From an uncultured Zetaproteobacteria bacterium (GTDB taxonomy: Bacteria; Pseudomonadota; Zetaproteobacteria; Mariprofundales; Mariprofundaceae), in assembly GCA_964437065.1 (NCBI GenBank), contig CAYTFI010000002.1:1-47831 (forward strand): a stretch of DNA of 47,831 bases, written 5' to 3'. The notes under the pieces were generated by a model that saw nothing but the letters and a program-made list of their open reading frames with translations, had not been told where the DNA came from and made no database searches. A program made the position numbers and the translations under genes. Positions 46,236 to 47,831 of the stretch are shown in pieces. Position 1 is the stretch's first letter. Every line of letters begins with the position of its first letter.

Positions 46236-46715
46236 ATGGATGAGCGAGTTACAATCAAGCCGAATGAATGGATTATTTCGGAGGGTGGTACGCCTGCCTA
46301 TTACATTTACGAGTTGGTTTCTGGACGCGTAGGTGTCTATCACAAGGGTGAAAAAGTGAATGAGGTTGAGGTGAATGAGGGCGACGATTCCGTCTTTCTG
46401 GGGATTATCGCTGCGATGCGGGAGGACAGGGCGAGAGCCGCTTCCGTCCAGACGGAGACGGAGGTTGTGGCCATCATGCATTCGATTGATCAGATCGCGG
46501 GCATCCTCAGGAATGAAATACCTGTTGAGGTGAAATCCGATGTGCATACGATGATTGAGGCCATTACCCTCAAGAACGAAATAGATGTAATGGCTGCTCG
46601 ACTGAAATCTTTGCCGAAGATATCTGCGGAGATTCCTTCCGGCATGAGGGATCAGGCCAGAAGGGTCGTAAATGAAGTCGCCAAGATATATGCCGATCAG
46701 GTTGGATCAGCCTGA
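46236..46715 (+). CDS. Cyclic-nucleotide-binding (cNMP) domain protein, no HTH
   Basis: GGAGG RBS; II.EG...YIYEL.SG.V.V, FLG.IA and R.ASV motifs. Confidence 0.8.
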   Translation: MDERVTIKPNEWIISEGGTPAYYIYELVSGRVGVYHKGEKVNEVEVNEGDDSVFLGIIAAMREDRARAASVQTETEVVAIMHSIDQIAGILRNEIPVEVKSDVHTMIEAITLKNEIDVMAARLKSLPKISAEIPSGMRDQARRVVNEVAKIYADQVGSA

Positions 46716-46782
46716 AGAGCGATCTGCATTCACGAATCTGTAAAGTTAATCCCGCCGCGTAAAATCAGCCGAAAAAATCGAG

Positions 46783-46813
46783 ATAGACAGGCGCATTATT
46801 TGCGCCTGTCTAT
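46783..46813. terminator. Hairpin between convergent genes
   Basis: ATAGACAGGCGCA-TTATT-TGCGCCTGTCTAT, a perfect 13-bp stem. Confidence 0.7.
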
Positions 46814-46816
46814 GCG

Positions 46817-47143
46817 TTACTGCTGAGCTGTTGCCTTTTTATCAAACCCGAATCGACGGATTTCTTTTACGCGCATAGATTTATCGTAATTGATTTCGAT
46901 GCCGCGAGTGATCAGTTCGCCGCTTGCCTCATCTTCAAATTCTTCGATATAGGTGGCGCGATACGGATGCAGGACATCTTTCAGTATCGGCGCTCCGAGA
47001 ATAACCTCGACATTGAATTTCGTAATGCCCGTCTCAATCATATTGATCTTTTTCAGATCAAGTCTGTTGCCCTGATGGATGGGTTCATGCATGCATGCGG
47101 ACAGTAGCATGAACATTGCAGCCAATGCGATTATATATCGCAT
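46817..47143 (-). CDS. bamE: Outer membrane protein assembly factor BamE (SmpA/OmlA)
   Basis: Lipobox LSAC; IHQGN, GITK..V...LG.P motifs. Confidence 0.8.
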   Translation of the reverse strand: MRYIIALAAMFMLLSACMHEPIHQGNRLDLKKINMIETGITKFNVEVILGAPILKDVLHPYRATYIEEFEDEASGELITRGIEINYDKSMRVKEIRRFGFDKKATAQQ

Positions 47144-47831
47144 CAGACTATCTCAGCCGGCCCGCGATGGCCATGTTCCAGTTGAGAAATATAATCTTCC
47201 ATGCCGCGCTCCAGGCTCCATTCCGGTTGCCAGTTCAGTAGTGATTCGGCCTCGCTCAGATCTGCTTCGGTATGCATCTGAAAGAATGAAAACGGATTAT
47301 CAAAATAATCTGTTGTTATTTCTGTCCCGAGCAGTTGCGCGATGATGCCAACAATGTCATTGAATGACCTGGCCCGGCCAGATCCGACATTGCACAGACC
47401 CGAGCGCGGGGCGTCGAGCGCCGCCAGATTGGCCCCGATGATATCCCTGATATAGACAAAATCACGCAACTGTTCGCCATGCTTGAACAGCCTTGCCCGT
47501 CGGCCTGCCTTAACCTGTTCGTACAGTTGTAAAATCATTGAGGCGGTCTTGTTTCCGTCCTTCCTGTTTTTATGCGCTTCACCCGGCCCATAGACATTGA
47601 AATAACGCAATCCAATGATTTGGCCGGGGTGGCGGTCAAACCAGCGACTGGCGATACGATCCATGGCCAGCTTTGAAAAGCCGTAAATGTTTTCAGGCTC
47701 TTCGCCAAAGCCGAGGCGGTTGGGCGCCGGGGAGTTGCCATAGACGCCTGCCGAGGATGCATAAATCACGCGGGCGCCCGATTTGCTGCTGGCTTCGAGG
47801 ATGCTGGCAAAGGCGTTGGTGTTGGTCTCAA
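47143..47831 (-). CDS. rfaD: ADP-L-glycero-D-manno-heptose 6-epimerase (5' truncated by window)
   Basis: YASSAGVYG, PENIYGFSK (YxxxK), GLRYFNVYGPGEAHK, RDFVYI.D and TEADL; frame open to the window end. Confidence 0.88.
   Translation of the reverse strand, partial: ETNTNAFASILEASSKSGARVIYASSAGVYGNSPAPNRLGFGEEPENIYGFSKLAMDRIASRWFDRHPGQIIGLRYFNVYGPGEAHKNRKDGNKTASMILQLYEQVKAGRRARLFKHGEQLRDFVYIRDIIGANLAALDAPRSGLCNVGSGRARSFNDIVGIIAQLLGTEITTDYFDNPFSFFQMHTEADLSEAESLLNWQPEWSLERGMEDYISQLEHGHRGPAEIV

Noticed and set aside
1-47831. CRISPR array, tRNA or rRNA genes
   Set aside because: No regularly spaced direct repeats and no cloverleaf or rRNA-like segments seen. The repeats found are dispersed palindromic elements.

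Overview
Proteobacterial-type chromosomal window, almost entirely filled (about 1-46.7 kb) by a respiratory gene island. Housekeeping genes (bamE, partial rfaD/hldD) appear only at the right end. Modules from left to right: (1) the 3' end of a heme-copper oxidoreductase subunit I, probably an eNOR-type NO reductase, followed by SCO, two tandem cytochrome b-ferredoxin-MvhD fusions, a degenerate second subunit I and a variant CtaA; (2) a DNR-type Crp/Fnr regulator and two hemerythrins; (3) a leftward thiol-redox/cytochrome-maturation operon, divergent from (4) a highly divergent Sec-exported nitrous-oxide-reductase-like gene, whose CuA His ligand is replaced by Met and whose CuZ His pattern is rearranged, plus a partner cytochrome c, with no nosR/D/F/Y/L/B in the window; (5) protoporphyrinogen oxidase; (6) an FNR-box-led operon of c-type cytochromes, three unannotated single-TM microproteins and a CydB-less, Q-loop-less cytochrome bd-superfamily subunit; (7) a heme-PAS-like two-component system, a Gld-like ABC exporter, an FGE/NirV-like protein, Rieske-less cytochrome b6/c pairs, Vgb-like propellers, SCO/TlpA and ArsR-rhodanese. 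Six FNR/DNR boxes and several MITE/REP-like repeat families occur between genes. Best hypothesis (inference): a non-canonical NO -> N2O -> N2 respiration island with its own undescribed maturation and electron-supply machinery. All family assignments rest on motif recognition by eye; no database searches were run.
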